64,000 nucleotides of DNA. Origin: Zancudomyces culisetae HAW-14-8. Lineage: Eukaryota; Fungi; Kickxellomycota. A program made the position numbers and the translations under genes. Location of the stretch: the NCBI GenBank assembly GCA_052426225.1, contig JBNJNM010000021.1, positions 496,001 to 560,000 on the forward strand. The letters run 5' to 3'. The notes below the pieces were generated by a model. The model ran no database searches, was not told where the DNA came from, and was given only the letters and a program-made list of their open reading frames with translations. This document shows, piece by piece, positions 25,163 to 37,087 of the stretch; positions within the stretch are counted from its first letter, which is position 1; every line of letters begins with the position of its first letter.

Positions 25163-27081
25163 GAGCTTGTTTATGCCATTTTGAACCTTATTTCTGTACG
25201 AAAAGTTTGTTTTGAGTAAAACCAAGACTTATTTTAAGAATAGCTAGATTAGTATTTTGTACACATAGAGGATAGATCTTTCTCACCAAATATGTATCCA
25301 CGTGCTGATCGTGTTTTGTTCAAGTTCTAGACACCTAATTAGATTATACTATGGGTGGGTTGAGGTGTACGTGTATTACAAAATAATATCTCCATATTTT
25401 GATTTGTATAGCGAGATATCACTTGTCTACCTTGCGTTCATTAACAGTTGTACAAAGGATGCTAGTTTATCGTAAACATGGGTTATTGTTATAGGGTGTA
25501 AAGCGATATTTTCACTACACAAACAGATTTATTTGCATGAAGAGGTGAAACAAACATTATTAGCTTTCAGATATTGCATCATACAAAGCAAATTTTATCA
25601 AATGGATCAATCTTCATGTATGATCTTGATAGATTTATCATAAATGTATCCGCAGATGTGAAAATGCATATGTATATTCATGTACAAGAGTAAAAAGAGG
25701 ATTTCATATCTTTTATATTTGCGTGTTAATGTTTTCTCTTCAAAGTATGTTTTTACATACAGCTTCAATTTCGAATAAAATTGCTGGCATCGCTTATTCA
25801 ATGCCCTTTTCAGGGATGTTTAAAAGACGCCCTGAGCAACGAGCCTTTCTTTATCTTATACCTGTTCTCATCCCCCCCTCCCCCCCCTCTCAGCCCTTTA
25901 TTTTTTGAATCGATCTTATTTTTGAACTTTTGAAAATACAAAAACGTAAATACTTGAATGAAAAAAAAGTGCTAATTCCAGCTCGCTTTCCAAAATGCAA
26001 GTTAAATTAATCATTCTTACAAAGAAAAAGGAACGCTCTTAAATTAGTAAGTGCGTGTCCATGTGATCACCTACTCTCATTTCAAGGATAAAACGGCCTG
26101 ATATAGTATTTCTTCGTCGTTTTATTTGTTGGTTATTACTATCCAAAATGACAGTGAAAATGAACGTATATGATATTGCTAAAGGGACATCTTTGAAAAA
26201 ACCAGATAAAACACAAAAAATGGTGAATTATGACCTGTTATTGTATGCGTTATATAGATGAAGTAGCACACCTTAATTTAGTTTTATTTTATTTCATCTT
26301 GCAATTTGCTTGCAGTAAAACCAAAGGATGACTGAATGCAAGTGATAAAGCATACAACATAGCCCTGTAGTTTTTTTGCTTTTTGGTGCTCTTATGGCAC
26401 TATGGTTGAATAAACAAACAAGCATGCTACGCCAGGCGCAATAAAAGGTTTTTTGCTTTCAGTATAGGCTTAGTTTATTAACAGCCGATTGAAAAGCTTA
26501 AAACACTAAAGGAAAAATAAGCAAGATAAAAACCTGAATGGCCAATGAAATATTGGGATAATAAACTGGATGCAAGCAAACAACAAATGAAAGCCAAGGA
26601 TTGGGTCAATCCAAATGCATTTAACAAAGTGGCGAATAGGTTAAAACATCTTTTACCTCTTCTTTTTTTTCTTTACAAGTTTAAAACAATCCATTTGTTC
26701 CTCTTTTTTTTATGTAAGTTGGATGAGAGGTTATTCTGGAAAATTTTAATCAAATAAAAATAATCAGTACAAGCTAATTAAGGGGGAAGGAGGTAAACTG
26801 CAGAAATAAATGAACTCCTATATGAATTTTGATTAAGCTAAGGCGAAAAAAAAACTTTATAAAACTTTATAAATCAAATAGTAGAAACTTAATAAAAAAA
26901 TTTTCTTAGAACTTCGAGAACATTTAGATATAATCAACGTCGTAATTTTATAAGGTGGTGGAGAAAGTAATTCAAAAGACAAATGATACAAATTGGCATT
27001 GATATTGTAAATGTTATGTAGAGTTGCAGTATAAAATAAGCCAATGTCGATAGCAAATATTCGTAGTTTATCAGTGTAAAA

Positions 27082-30000
27082 ATGGAACGGGTTATTGACA
27101 TTAGAGCACCGTTTGTTGAAATTAAGAGTGTGGGTCAGACCAGAATCAATAAAAACGGTAGGAATGAGTATGGTGGGAACAAAATAAAAGCTAAAAATGT
27201 AGATAAAAACAAGAAGAGCAGTGGCGGAGGAAATCTAGACAAAAAAAAAGAAAATCATAAACACGCAAAAAATCCATCTAACAGTGCAAAGGCGAAAGAA
27301 AAGGAAAAGGAAAAAGGGGGGAAGAAGAAGTATGTCTGGTTAGGAATCGAGAGAGAATTAAATCAAGAGGAAATCGAAATGCTAAATAAAAAGTAAGTGA
27401 GGAGGGTGTATTTATTAATGTTTGTTGGGGCGATTAGGGCGAATCAAGCTTCATTATTTTCTATTTTTTTATTGTAAAACCAGTTTAGCAGGTTATATCC
27501 ATACTAAAGGGGTATATAAAATTCCTAAACAAGAGAACATGATCGTAAAAGAAAAACTCTATAAAAATAAATAGTAAATATGGTATTGTGGCACTGCTGG
27601 TGATCTGGGGAGCGATAAACATCATGAATAGATGGAGCCATTTCCCGCTGGAATGGGTGGTGTATTTGTTTTTTTTAACGCTGGCCTTGATACATAAATA
27701 TCGGAGAAAGGACGCTGGGATATTGACACCATTAATGACGCTGAACGTATTATCTGTGTTGATCTATTACAGTGTTCCATCACATATACTGCCAAAGGCT
27801 TCGGTGGTAGTAGTGTATTTCTTACTAGTCCGTTCGATCTGTGGATTGGATGGGTGTTGGTGGGTTTTGGCGATAATTATATCTTTAGTCCAAATAGAGC
27901 AGATAAAATTATTCACCTTTGGAAGGTTGATTACGGTGATGTCATCACATTGTGTATCTTTTGGGGTATTTTGGTGTGTATTTGCAATGCTTAGGGATGT
28001 TGGGGATAATGGAAGAAAACACTCGGAGAAACAGATCGGGAAAAGCAGTATAGGTAAAAGTGACTTGGATTTAAGGCTAACACTAACACAGATACAGAAA
28101 GATAGGTTGGGTATAATGTGGCAGTTTGAAGGGGCTCGGAAAAGTATAAAGACGATATACGACAATTTCAATTCAAAGTTGAAAAATAAGGTCGGCAACA
28201 CTAATCGAGAGGATGATTTAAATACAAAAAACCATCGTATAGATAAATACACAATAGAGGTTAACGGTAAAGCGGTAGCAGAGTGCAGGAAGACAGAGAA
28301 CAAGGTAGTAATAGTGGGTTTGGAGAAAAGTAAAGTCTATAGGATCCAAGTTATAGCAGTTTTTGGAAATAACAGTGGGATTCATATGTCATCGGTGGTA
28401 ATAGCGAAAACATTGGACAGGGAGCCGGAGAGCAGGGTTGGGGTGTGTACATATTCTGGTGCAAACGAAGCAGAAGAGCACAATGCTTGTGCTCAGAGAG
28501 ATGTGAGCGGTGAGGAGAGTAGTGGTGTGGGTGGTATTTCAGAACAGATACCAGATGATGAAGAGTCAGAGGATGAACAAGAAGAAGTGTCGGAGGATCA
28601 ACAAGAAGAAGAGTCAGAGGATGAACAAGAACAAGTCTCAGAGGATGAAGAAGAAGAAGGGTCAGAGGAGGAAGAAGAAGAAGAAGAAGAAGAAGAAGAA
28701 GAAGAAGAGAATTCCAAGCTCGAGATAAATTCTAGATACGAAAACTCCGAAGAAACCGAAACTGAGGGTATTACTTATTTGACGAAGGAACAAGCAGCAG
28801 TAATGGCACAAAATGTGGCATATAAACTAGATACGAATTTAGAAGATAATCATTGGAGCGAGCAAGAGCAAACGAGGCTGCGAGCGTCACTAGAGGGGGG
28901 AAAAAGAAGCACCAGTGTTCAAAATGACGCAAACGCTGTTGTTGATTCTGAAAAACTATATGGAAGCAAATACCAGGCAGCAGGATATGAACGAAGAATG
29001 AGTAATGTATCTAACCAATTACAGGAGATTTTCGATAGTTCGTCTGCTACTGAGAGTGCCTTTGAGGCAGAAAGTCCGAAACAAGTTTCAAAAATCAAGG
29101 TTGAAGCAATGAATATGGATGATGGCGATGAGTGTGTATATATCGAAAATCATAATCAGCTAAATGGATCCAAAAGCACTGTAGGAAGCCTTGATGAAAA
29201 GAAAACATTAACATTTGGTACAGAGGGTGAGGGAAGGGCATTCGATGTTCAGAATAAAAAAAAGGGAAATTTCAGGGGGGAAACAAACGGAGCAAAAGCT
29301 GAACCCAACCTTGTGAGTGTGGTAGAAAACGAAAGGATACGAGCTGAAGGTAAAGGCAAAAAGATGTTTGGTACTTCCAAGGATTTGGAAAAGATGGTTG
29401 GAAATGCCGAAAAAGGGACAGATCGATACACTAGAAAGACCGGAACCACTGGATACAACTCTAGTAGAGTTGATACAGAAAATTTAAGTAACAAAACAAA
29501 AATCGCAAACATCAGAGACGCAAGACTCCAAGGCTACGAGGCGGCAGGAGATAAAGCTGAACAGCACCATTCTCACAAAAACCGACGCCATACAAGCAAT
29601 GCTGGATTGAATGACACAGCCATAGGCAAATCTCAATCATATATAAGTGGCGTAGATGGTCAAATCCAAGAAGACAGGGCTACAAAACAACGAGAAAATG
29701 AGTCAATCAATACACATGGTCTTGGAATTGGCTACGGCAAAGGTCGCTTGTTTAGATCTCGAACCCACCACAATAGCAATACAAACTTTGATTCATCGTC
29801 TCGTGACCAGCCACTTCTATCGAAGGGCGACAGCATTGATACCAGGCAATTCGTTACCAACAGAAACGAGGATAGCTATGTAAGAAGTGATGGTAGTGGT
29901 AGTGGTGGTGGTGGAATTCAAATTGGATCATCACAATCACATACTGATAACGAGGGTGGCGGTATCTATACTGCACATAACGGAAGTGAGCCTGAGCATA

Positions 30001-31310
30001 TTCTTTCATTTCGAAAAAGTACTGGTACTGTAAATGCTACCACAGATTCCACTCTGGTTTCTTCGCCTGATCCGTTTGCTTCTTTCACTGAAAACAATAG
30101 TATACAGCAGCCTTTTAGTTCCAGGTCGAGTATAATGGGTATTCCAGGTGGTTCCAACCTTCCACAGAACAGCAACAGCAACAGCAACAACAACAACAAC
30201 AACGTCAATAACAGCAGTAACCTTACAAACACTCCTTACTATTTTAAAAATAGTAACCTTTCCACTTTTGAATTCAATTCCCCGTCTTCTACAATGCTGA
30301 AAAGAACCAGTACCATTGGCAACCGTTTCAATCTTTCTAATATTCCATCTATGCACACCCAAAATCACTCTGGGTTTTCTAGTCTAATCAACGATAGCTA
30401 TGAAAGAGACATTCTAAGAAATGTAACCAGAAGTGAGGAAGAAATGTTTGGGTCTAGGGTTAGACGTTCGCCTCAATCTAGCACTTCTTCTTGTTCTATA
30501 CCGCATCTAAACGACGGTCTTTTTGCTAACTCTAACTCTCCTGATTCAAACCCTGGTTATCAAAACTCTAAATATTACGACTCTCGTTTCGGTCTAAACA
30601 AGCTAGATACTGGCCGTGAACTTCTACATTCAAATGATTATTATGACGCTTTATTTGACATTTCATCAAAAAACCGGGCTACCGATAATGATGCTTCAAC
30701 CAATGACTCCTACACCACATTTTCCAAGGCCTATACCCAAAATCAATGTGCTAATAGGCGCCCATTCGATAAACTCCAGGCATATACACCCAATCGGCTG
30801 TCTGCCCACTATGGAGCTGGTTCTCAGAATACACATATTGATTCTATGGGTAGATCTTCTTTTGCCCCGTCTGGCGGGGGTTGGTATTTACCTGAAAATC
30901 AACCCATCTCTTCTACTACAGGATTTTCGAGCCCTATTTCTCAGAGGAATGATGGCGCTGGGTCAACTCCCCTTGGTCCTCGTTCCTTCGATAACGATGC
31001 CCGCAATTCTCACTTTTTCTACGAATCGTATCCAAGCTCGCTAAGCAACCCTGCGTTTGCATCCCTGAGTCCCAATGAACAAATCACAAACCCTGTTACC
31101 GCGCCTAATGGATCCACCTATTCGGTACTAAATGATAAGCACCTAATTGATTATTTTAACTCATCATCTTCTTCTTCTCGCTCCGCAGTCCGTAACCCAA
31201 ACGCAGATTACCAGCGGAGAAATATCAACCACAGTCCTCCCAAGAATAGCTTGAATTCAGCCAAATTGAGCTCCAAGTCTGTTAAAAAGTCCTCTTTTGC
31301 TACGCCTTGA
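27082..31310 (+). CDS. Large multi-TM protein with a fibronectin type III-like domain, acidic repeats and a long disordered S/N-rich tail; exons 27082-27392 and 27575-31310
   Basis: A phase-2 intron (gtaagt...aaatag) joins the two ORFs in frame. Several hydrophobic helices are followed by YTIEVNG...GLEKSKVYRIQVIAV (FN3-like). The architecture loosely resembles fungal AcrB-type proteins. Confidence 0.75.
28563..28709 (+). repeat. Coding 24-nt tandem repeat x5 ([E/V/G]SE[D/E]xxEx) grading into a (GAA)n poly-Glu microsatellite
   Basis: ESEDEQEE VSEDQQEE ESEDEQEQ VSEDEEEE GSEEEEEE followed by a pure GAA run. Confidence 0.9.
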
Positions 31311-32469
31311 AAATGTACTTTTGGATTGTAAATAAAAAGAATCGATTAAAAAGATGTATCAATTTATCGACCTTCCATATTTAAAAAATGATTGGTTACA
31401 GACAATCACAATAATAATATGCATTTGGTTGTGTTTATCTATCCATAACAGCACCACAAACAGCATTAGCGCTTTTAATGACACTGGGGCTTATTTTCGC
31501 TATTTTGATTTAGTTTGGTTTCACTACTCCCTTTAATGCCTTAATAAATTAACTTCACGTCAAAAGACACTGCATTGTACACTGCTAATACTGTTCCAAA
31601 TAAAAGTTATATTAAAGGCAAGTTTGATCAGCCTTAAATTATCATATTACTTTCTAAATGCTTGGCCTGATCAGCTTGGGGGCTATTCCATTGTTTTTTT
31701 CGTTTTTTCATTTTTTTCTTGTAAATCCATGAGCCTAATGTTATTGTTTTCCCACTAATACCGCTTTTTGGGAGGAGTTTTGTAAGGAAGTACTGTTTTT
31801 ACTCGCCAGTTCTTGGTAGTTGTGATTTTATTGGCAATATGAGACTAATTCCAATAAATTATTAGCTAATTTAATTGATTATGAATTATTATTTTCTGTT
31901 TACATTCAAAATTCCAATAAATCGCGAAAAAAGTTAAATCTTTTACGCGACAATCCAAAATTGTCAGGCTATTCGCTAAATTGAACACAGCCAGATTGAA
32001 GTCAGATTCCAAAACACTCATTTGTAGCAGAAATTGAGAAAACTTGCGTGGGCGAGTGGAGTATACTCGAAAAAGCCAAGTTTATTGAACATTTCGATAC
32101 TCTAGTGGATACTGTAAAATATAATGCAAAAAAAAAAAGCTGGCTATGAGATGTTGATGGTGTAAACTTTCGATTCAGTTACAGGGTAGGCATTGCAGTT
32201 CTCCGGCAATAAATATGTGGTTTTAAATACTGTCCTTATAGGCCAACTGTTTCACAGAATTATTTATGATTGCTGGAAAACATGTTTATCATATTATTGG
32301 TGGGGTTAGAGCTAATGTTGGGGAAAAGTAAGATGATTTGTATTCCTTTTTTTTATTTTCTTTTGTCAATTTATTCTTTCAATTTATTTTGTTAAAACGC
32401 CAAAACCCATGGAGAAAAGTCCAAATTAAAGTCAGAGAATAAACATGTTTTTCGCATCACCAAGTAAAC

Positions 32470-32509
32470 ATCCAAATCCCAAATCCCAAATCCCAAATCC
32501 CAAATCCAA
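32470..32509. repeat. 7-bp tandem repeat (ATCCCAA)4 with degenerate flanks; four GGG tracts on the minus strand
   Basis: atccaa atcccaa atcccaa atcccaa atcccaa atccaa. Confidence 0.9.
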
Positions 32510-33128
32510 CAACTGCGCGATATTTTGTATGGTTGGTTGACATACTTTTATTACTCCTTCAACCCCAAACCCGCATTCAATCAAACTATCATACCGAATA
32601 TCACCATTATTTTTCTACTTTTTTTTTTGATGATTTTAGTCTGAAATATTCTGCAATACATTTGCATTAAACAAACTAGACCGTCAGCATTAGTAGAATA
32701 GATAAAGAATTCAAAAACGTAACATCAAGATACTGTGCTGAATCATAGAAAACCATATAGTATCCACAGACGTTGTCTTCCGAAACAGTAAGTGCGCTGA
32801 CTTTTGTGTCACATTTGCGTTTGTTTTCAGTAATTGATCTTTTTATCTTTGATGTAGTACTCTTTGAAATACTAGCTAATAATTCTAAAAGAGATATTGT
32901 TTTAATTTACTTATAGTACTATTATGGTAAAAACATATTTACTACCAGTCTAACAAAAGTGTATCCGTCGAGGGTAATCAATGGATGAAATAGCGAAAAC
33001 TCAACCATATTAATTTTATAAATTTTGCAAAGGTATAATAATAATAGCAATAATAAATCAAAAAAGAGAAAAAGAGAACTGAAGCAGTTTGAAGAGTTAA
33101 TAACAAGGACAAAAGAGACGTACAAACG

Positions 33129-34766
33129 ATGAGTGGATTTAATAATCGCGGATACGGTTTCAAAAGTGCATTTGGTGATACTTGGAGCGGTCCAAATCAA
33201 TTTTCGTATTTTGAAAGTGGGTTCAAACCCAAGTATCAAGGGATATTTGTCAAGAATGGAAGCGACGACGATGACGGTTGGTGGGAAGGCAAGCAAAAAA
33301 CGAAGCGCTGTTATAGCTATGACAGCGATTGTGAAATATGCCAGCAACTAGAACATCGGGGATGCGATTTTGAGGTTCATGAGTATAAGCGGTATGAGTT
33401 TGGTCGGTTTGATGCGGTGGATTCGTATTTTGATCGACATCCATTCTTTTTCAAGAAGCATACGACGGCGTTTGATGAATATGATGAAACCAGAAAAACT
33501 ACGACAGTAACGACAAACACAACCGCAGTTAAGCAGTCCGAGACATGTGGTTGCAGTGGTGGTCATTCAAGACCCTCTACAAGACACTCGTGCCATTCAC
33601 ACTGTGATTGTTCAGATTGTAAAACCGTATACTACATCCGAGAATACTGCGATCATGGTTGCAGACATGGCTGTAGCCATGGCTGTAGCCATGACTGCGG
33701 TCACTGCCACCACAAAAACCATAGCGCGAGTTGTAACTGCAAAAATACCCAAGAAAAGGCTGTCAGTACCGATTCTAGATTTTTCCATGAGAAAGATTCT
33801 CATAAATACAGCCGTAGTGATTTAGATGTTGATATTGATGTTGATATTAAAGAGAAAATATCCAACAAGTCTCACCATAACCTGTCCAGGTACGAAATTG
33901 ACGTTGATGTGCATAAACATGAGCATAAACATGAGCACAAGAAACCCACAAAAATTGAAGTTGACGTTGATATCAGCACGGATTCTTCTCATACCACAGT
34001 TATTGACCACACAAAGCACAAGGTCGATGCCAGCTACCATGCATTGCCTCTTCATCCCAACCATATGAACCAGCAACCCCGTATTGCTGGCAAATGCAGA
34101 ATTTGTAGCTTCTTTTGTTATGGCATCTGTTCCCTACCATACAATCCAAACGCCAGGTTTAAAAACAAAAACTTTAGATTGTTTCCAACCTATGATTTTA
34201 TTGCAGATGACTACGAAGCAAAACCCAGAGATGCGCCCTTTCCCAAGCACCAAGCCTCGCTCAATAAAAACAGATTCAAGCTTGTAATCAAAAAGAACTG
34301 TTTTATTCACTCGTTCATTTTTGTGGATATTATTGGCGATCATACAGTGGTATGGGGCAAGCTACTTGGTGCAGGTGAGTTGTATAACACTCCTGCTGTT
34401 CAGACCAAGTTCCCGGGCTTTCTAAAAAGACGTGATCGCAAAAAAGAACAACCCAAGGAACACAAACAAGAGCAACCCAAGGAAGAAAAGCATGATCACC
34501 ACGAACACCATGACCATCACGAACACCACGACCACCACGATCACCACGAACACCACGAACACCACGATCATCATCATCACCATCATGGAGGCAATACACC
34601 AAACGAGCGCAGAGTTACCTACGAGGGGTTGTTGGAGCAGGGTATTCCTCTTTTCTACAAATCGTTCCATACTCCTGCATCTTCGTTTGAGCGCGAAAGA
34701 GCGTACGCTGAAATTGACAACAGTAACGACTTTGTTTTGATTGTTCCAGTTAGAAAAAACAAATAG
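33129..34766 (+). CDS. Orphan His/Cys-rich protein (545 aa, intronless)
   Basis: Long ORF with CxHG repeats, DVDIDVDI/EIDVDV/EVDVDI strands, HH[D/E] repeats and a globular-looking C-terminal half. Confidence 0.85.
   Translation: MSGFNNRGYGFKSAFGDTWSGPNQFSYFESGFKPKYQGIFVKNGSDDDDGWWEGKQKTKRCYSYDSDCEICQQLEHRGCDFEVHEYKRYEFGRFDAVDSYFDRHPFFFKKHTTAFDEYDETRKTTTVTTNTTAVKQSETCGCSGGHSRPSTRHSCHSHCDCSDCKTVYYIREYCDHGCRHGCSHGCSHDCGHCHHKNHSASCNCKNTQEKAVSTDSRFFHEKDSHKYSRSDLDVDIDVDIKEKISNKSHHNLSRYEIDVDVHKHEHKHEHKKPTKIEVDVDISTDSSHTTVIDHTKHKVDASYHALPLHPNHMNQQPRIAGKCRICSFFCYGICSLPYNPNARFKNKNFRLFPTYDFIADDYEAKPRDAPFPKHQASLNKNRFKLVIKKNCFIHSFIFVDIIGDHTVVWGKLLGAGELYNTPAVQTKFPGFLKRRDRKKEQPKEHKQEQPKEEKHDHHEHHDHHEHHDHHDHHEHHEHHDHHHHHHGGNTPNERRVTYEGLLEQGIPLFYKSFHTPASSFERERAYAEIDNSNDFVLIVPVRKNK
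34491..34586 (+). repeat. Coding 9-nt repeat (CAY CAY GAN) encoding HH[D/E] units and ending in a poly-His run
   Basis: HDHHEHHDHHEHHDHHDHHEHHEHHDHHHHHH. Confidence 0.9.
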
Positions 34767-34960
34767 GGATTTATAGCTCTTTGCACAATCTTTTATATAT
34801 CTTTTAACACCATCCCTTTTAACTAATAAATAAATCAGGAAAGAAAGTGGATAAAGAAAAAACTTTACAGAATTCACAAACCCCGTAAGACTACATTAGA
34901 TAACTGAAGAAGATGGAACCAGAAAAAGGGTTTCAGAGCAAATAGCTTGCTGTAATTCGC

Positions 34961-35806
34961 TCACATCTTAGACAACTCGATGCTTCTTGCCTTGGCTGCA
35001 TGGCAACCCTTTGCAATGTGTTCTCCCACACTATCTGCTTTCATACTTTCAATGGCGGCATGAGTAGTACCGTTGGGTGAGGTAACAGCAGCCCTTAGTT
35101 CTGAAATTTCTTTGTCAGTCCCTAGTACCATCTTTCCGGCACCTATACACGTTTGAGCAATCAGCTTTCTGGAGGACTCTTTATCCAAGCCCATTTCCAC
35201 AGCAGCCTTTTCCATTGCCTCCATTACATAGAAGAAATATGCTGGTCCTGAGCCAGAGATGGCAGTAACTGAATCGATATCTCGATCAGTTTTGAACCAG
35301 AAAAAGTATTTCGACAAATTTTTAGCCACGGTTTCTGCCAGCGCTTTCTGTTCGGGTGTAACATACTCGTTGGAAATCAGACCCGCAGCCCCTTCATTCA
35401 CCAGTGCGGGTGTATTTGGCATCATCCTTACTACTGCCACTGTCTTGTATTCATCATCAGAAGCCCAATTATAGATCGAGCTCGAAGAAACACCAGCTGC
35501 AATCGACATGAGCAGCGGATTGGTTCGTTTCAATATATCTCGGGTTTCGCTGATCACTACCGGTACATAACTTGGCTTTGTGGCTATTATGATAATATCT
35601 GGCTTTCCATTTTTAACTCCATTCAAACACTCGATATTGCTTGTTGTGACAAAGACGCCATATGTCTTTTTCAAGTATTCAAGCCTGGGCTGGTATGGAT
35701 CTGCGACGTATATTCCTCCCTTATCGTGGCCTCCCTGTATCAAGCCGGCAATTATGCTCTCGCCCATGTTGCCACCTCCTATTAGACAAATGTTTTTACC
35801 GACCAT
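34961..35806 (-). CDS. PRO3: Pyrroline-5-carboxylate reductase
   Basis: IGGGNMG Rossmann motif, SIAAG, RMMPNTP, SGSGPAY and VTSPNGTT. Confidence 0.97.
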   Translation of the reverse strand: MVGKNICLIGGGNMGESIIAGLIQGGHDKGGIYVADPYQPRLEYLKKTYGVFVTTSNIECLNGVKNGKPDIIIIATKPSYVPVVISETRDILKRTNPLLMSIAAGVSSSSIYNWASDDEYKTVAVVRMMPNTPALVNEGAAGLISNEYVTPEQKALAETVAKNLSKYFFWFKTDRDIDSVTAISGSGPAYFFYVMEAMEKAAVEMGLDKESSRKLIAQTCIGAGKMVLGTDKEISELRAAVTSPNGTTHAAIESMKADSVGEHIAKGCHAAKARSIELSKM

Positions 35807-37087
35807 TTCTTTCCTAGTTTGTAGATTTTAGCCTGCGTCCTTCCCTTTTTATTTACTTTTCGAGTGTATCTTAAAGATGTGCTTTTCAAATAAAATTAGG
35901 AGCTAAAAAAAAAAAACTTGGTGCAATTATGTTTATTTTTCCAAAAGATTTTATTATTTTTGCTGTGAATTTTCGAATGGTTTTAACACACACAAAACTG
36001 TTAATACCGCCAAACTAAACTGGGATGTATGTACAAGAACATCAAATCCCTAGAAATTTGATGAATGGTATTTAGGTGTGTTAAAAACAAACAGCAAAAA
36101 TGGAGAAGCAAAGGCATATTCGAACCGACATTGCACCAATGCTGTCTGGCTTCAAGATGGAGCTGAACGTCGCGGCTGCCTTTAGACACTACCAAACACC
36201 TATGCGTACACAAGATACTAGACTGAATACAGTGCCTGTACCAGCGTTTTCCTACACCTTCCCCCTTGTTTCAACCCTAGCTCTTTTATTGATCAATTTA
36301 GGATATTCCATTGAAAAAAAAATAGAAAAATGTATCACTAATGTGTCAATACCAATGAAATTCTAGTTGAAAATATAAATACTTTGTTCCATCCAACTTT
36401 TGGCATGTCTAGATTTCGAACCACACCAGAAAGAGGATGACTTTTTTCGCCTCAAGTAGTGCAGGTTGTTGTAGGCAGGTGTATTTGCGATTTTTACCAG
36501 AAATATGGCAACAACTGAGGGTAGTTTTGTGTGATATTTATTTAATAATTTTATATAGCAAAAAAAAACAAAGGCAACACCTGACAATCCTTCAAACCCA
36601 GTTTGTGGTGCCTTTTAATACCGTTAAACGTGATCAACGACGGTATTACAAGGATATAGTGAATATTTACTGATAACTAAAGAGTGTGATACAAGCTATA
36701 GGCCGCTAATACATTCCCAATAAACATTTAGAAAAAAGTAGTTTTAAAGATGATAAAACATTGAGTTCAAAGTGCTCAATGAATGCTTCAATACGCAAAA
36801 ATAACTATTACCATCGTCACTCAGGATTTCGTGCACCATCAAATAGATCACCAAACTCACAACATACCATTAGTCAATGTCGTAATGTTTAATCATACTT
36901 TTCTCTCTGGTGGTAAATACGAGGGAGATATCAAATATAATCAGCTTTTATTAGTGGGGCTTGGTTTTACAACACCTTCTCTCCAATAACATTTAAAAGA
37001 AAACCAACAATGCCATACAAAATAAAAGTAATAGTATCAACATTGCTGTTGGAAACAGCAGCAACAACAACTACAAAAAACAAAAGA

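Noticed and set aside
28510-30368. Poly-K, poly-L and poly-V ORFs overlapping the TM-FN3 gene
   Set aside because: Frame or strand shadows of the GAA and AAC repeats.
31478-31498. GACACTGGGGCTTATT resembling RNase MRP CR-V
   Set aside because: No GAAAGTCCCC partner upstream. The nearest similar sequence lies inside a CDS.
33133-34877. Many alternative-frame and antisense ORFs over the His-rich gene (e.g. 34422-34877 minus, V/M-rich)
   Set aside because: They are shadows of CAY/GAY repeats, which lack stops in other frames. No independent evidence.
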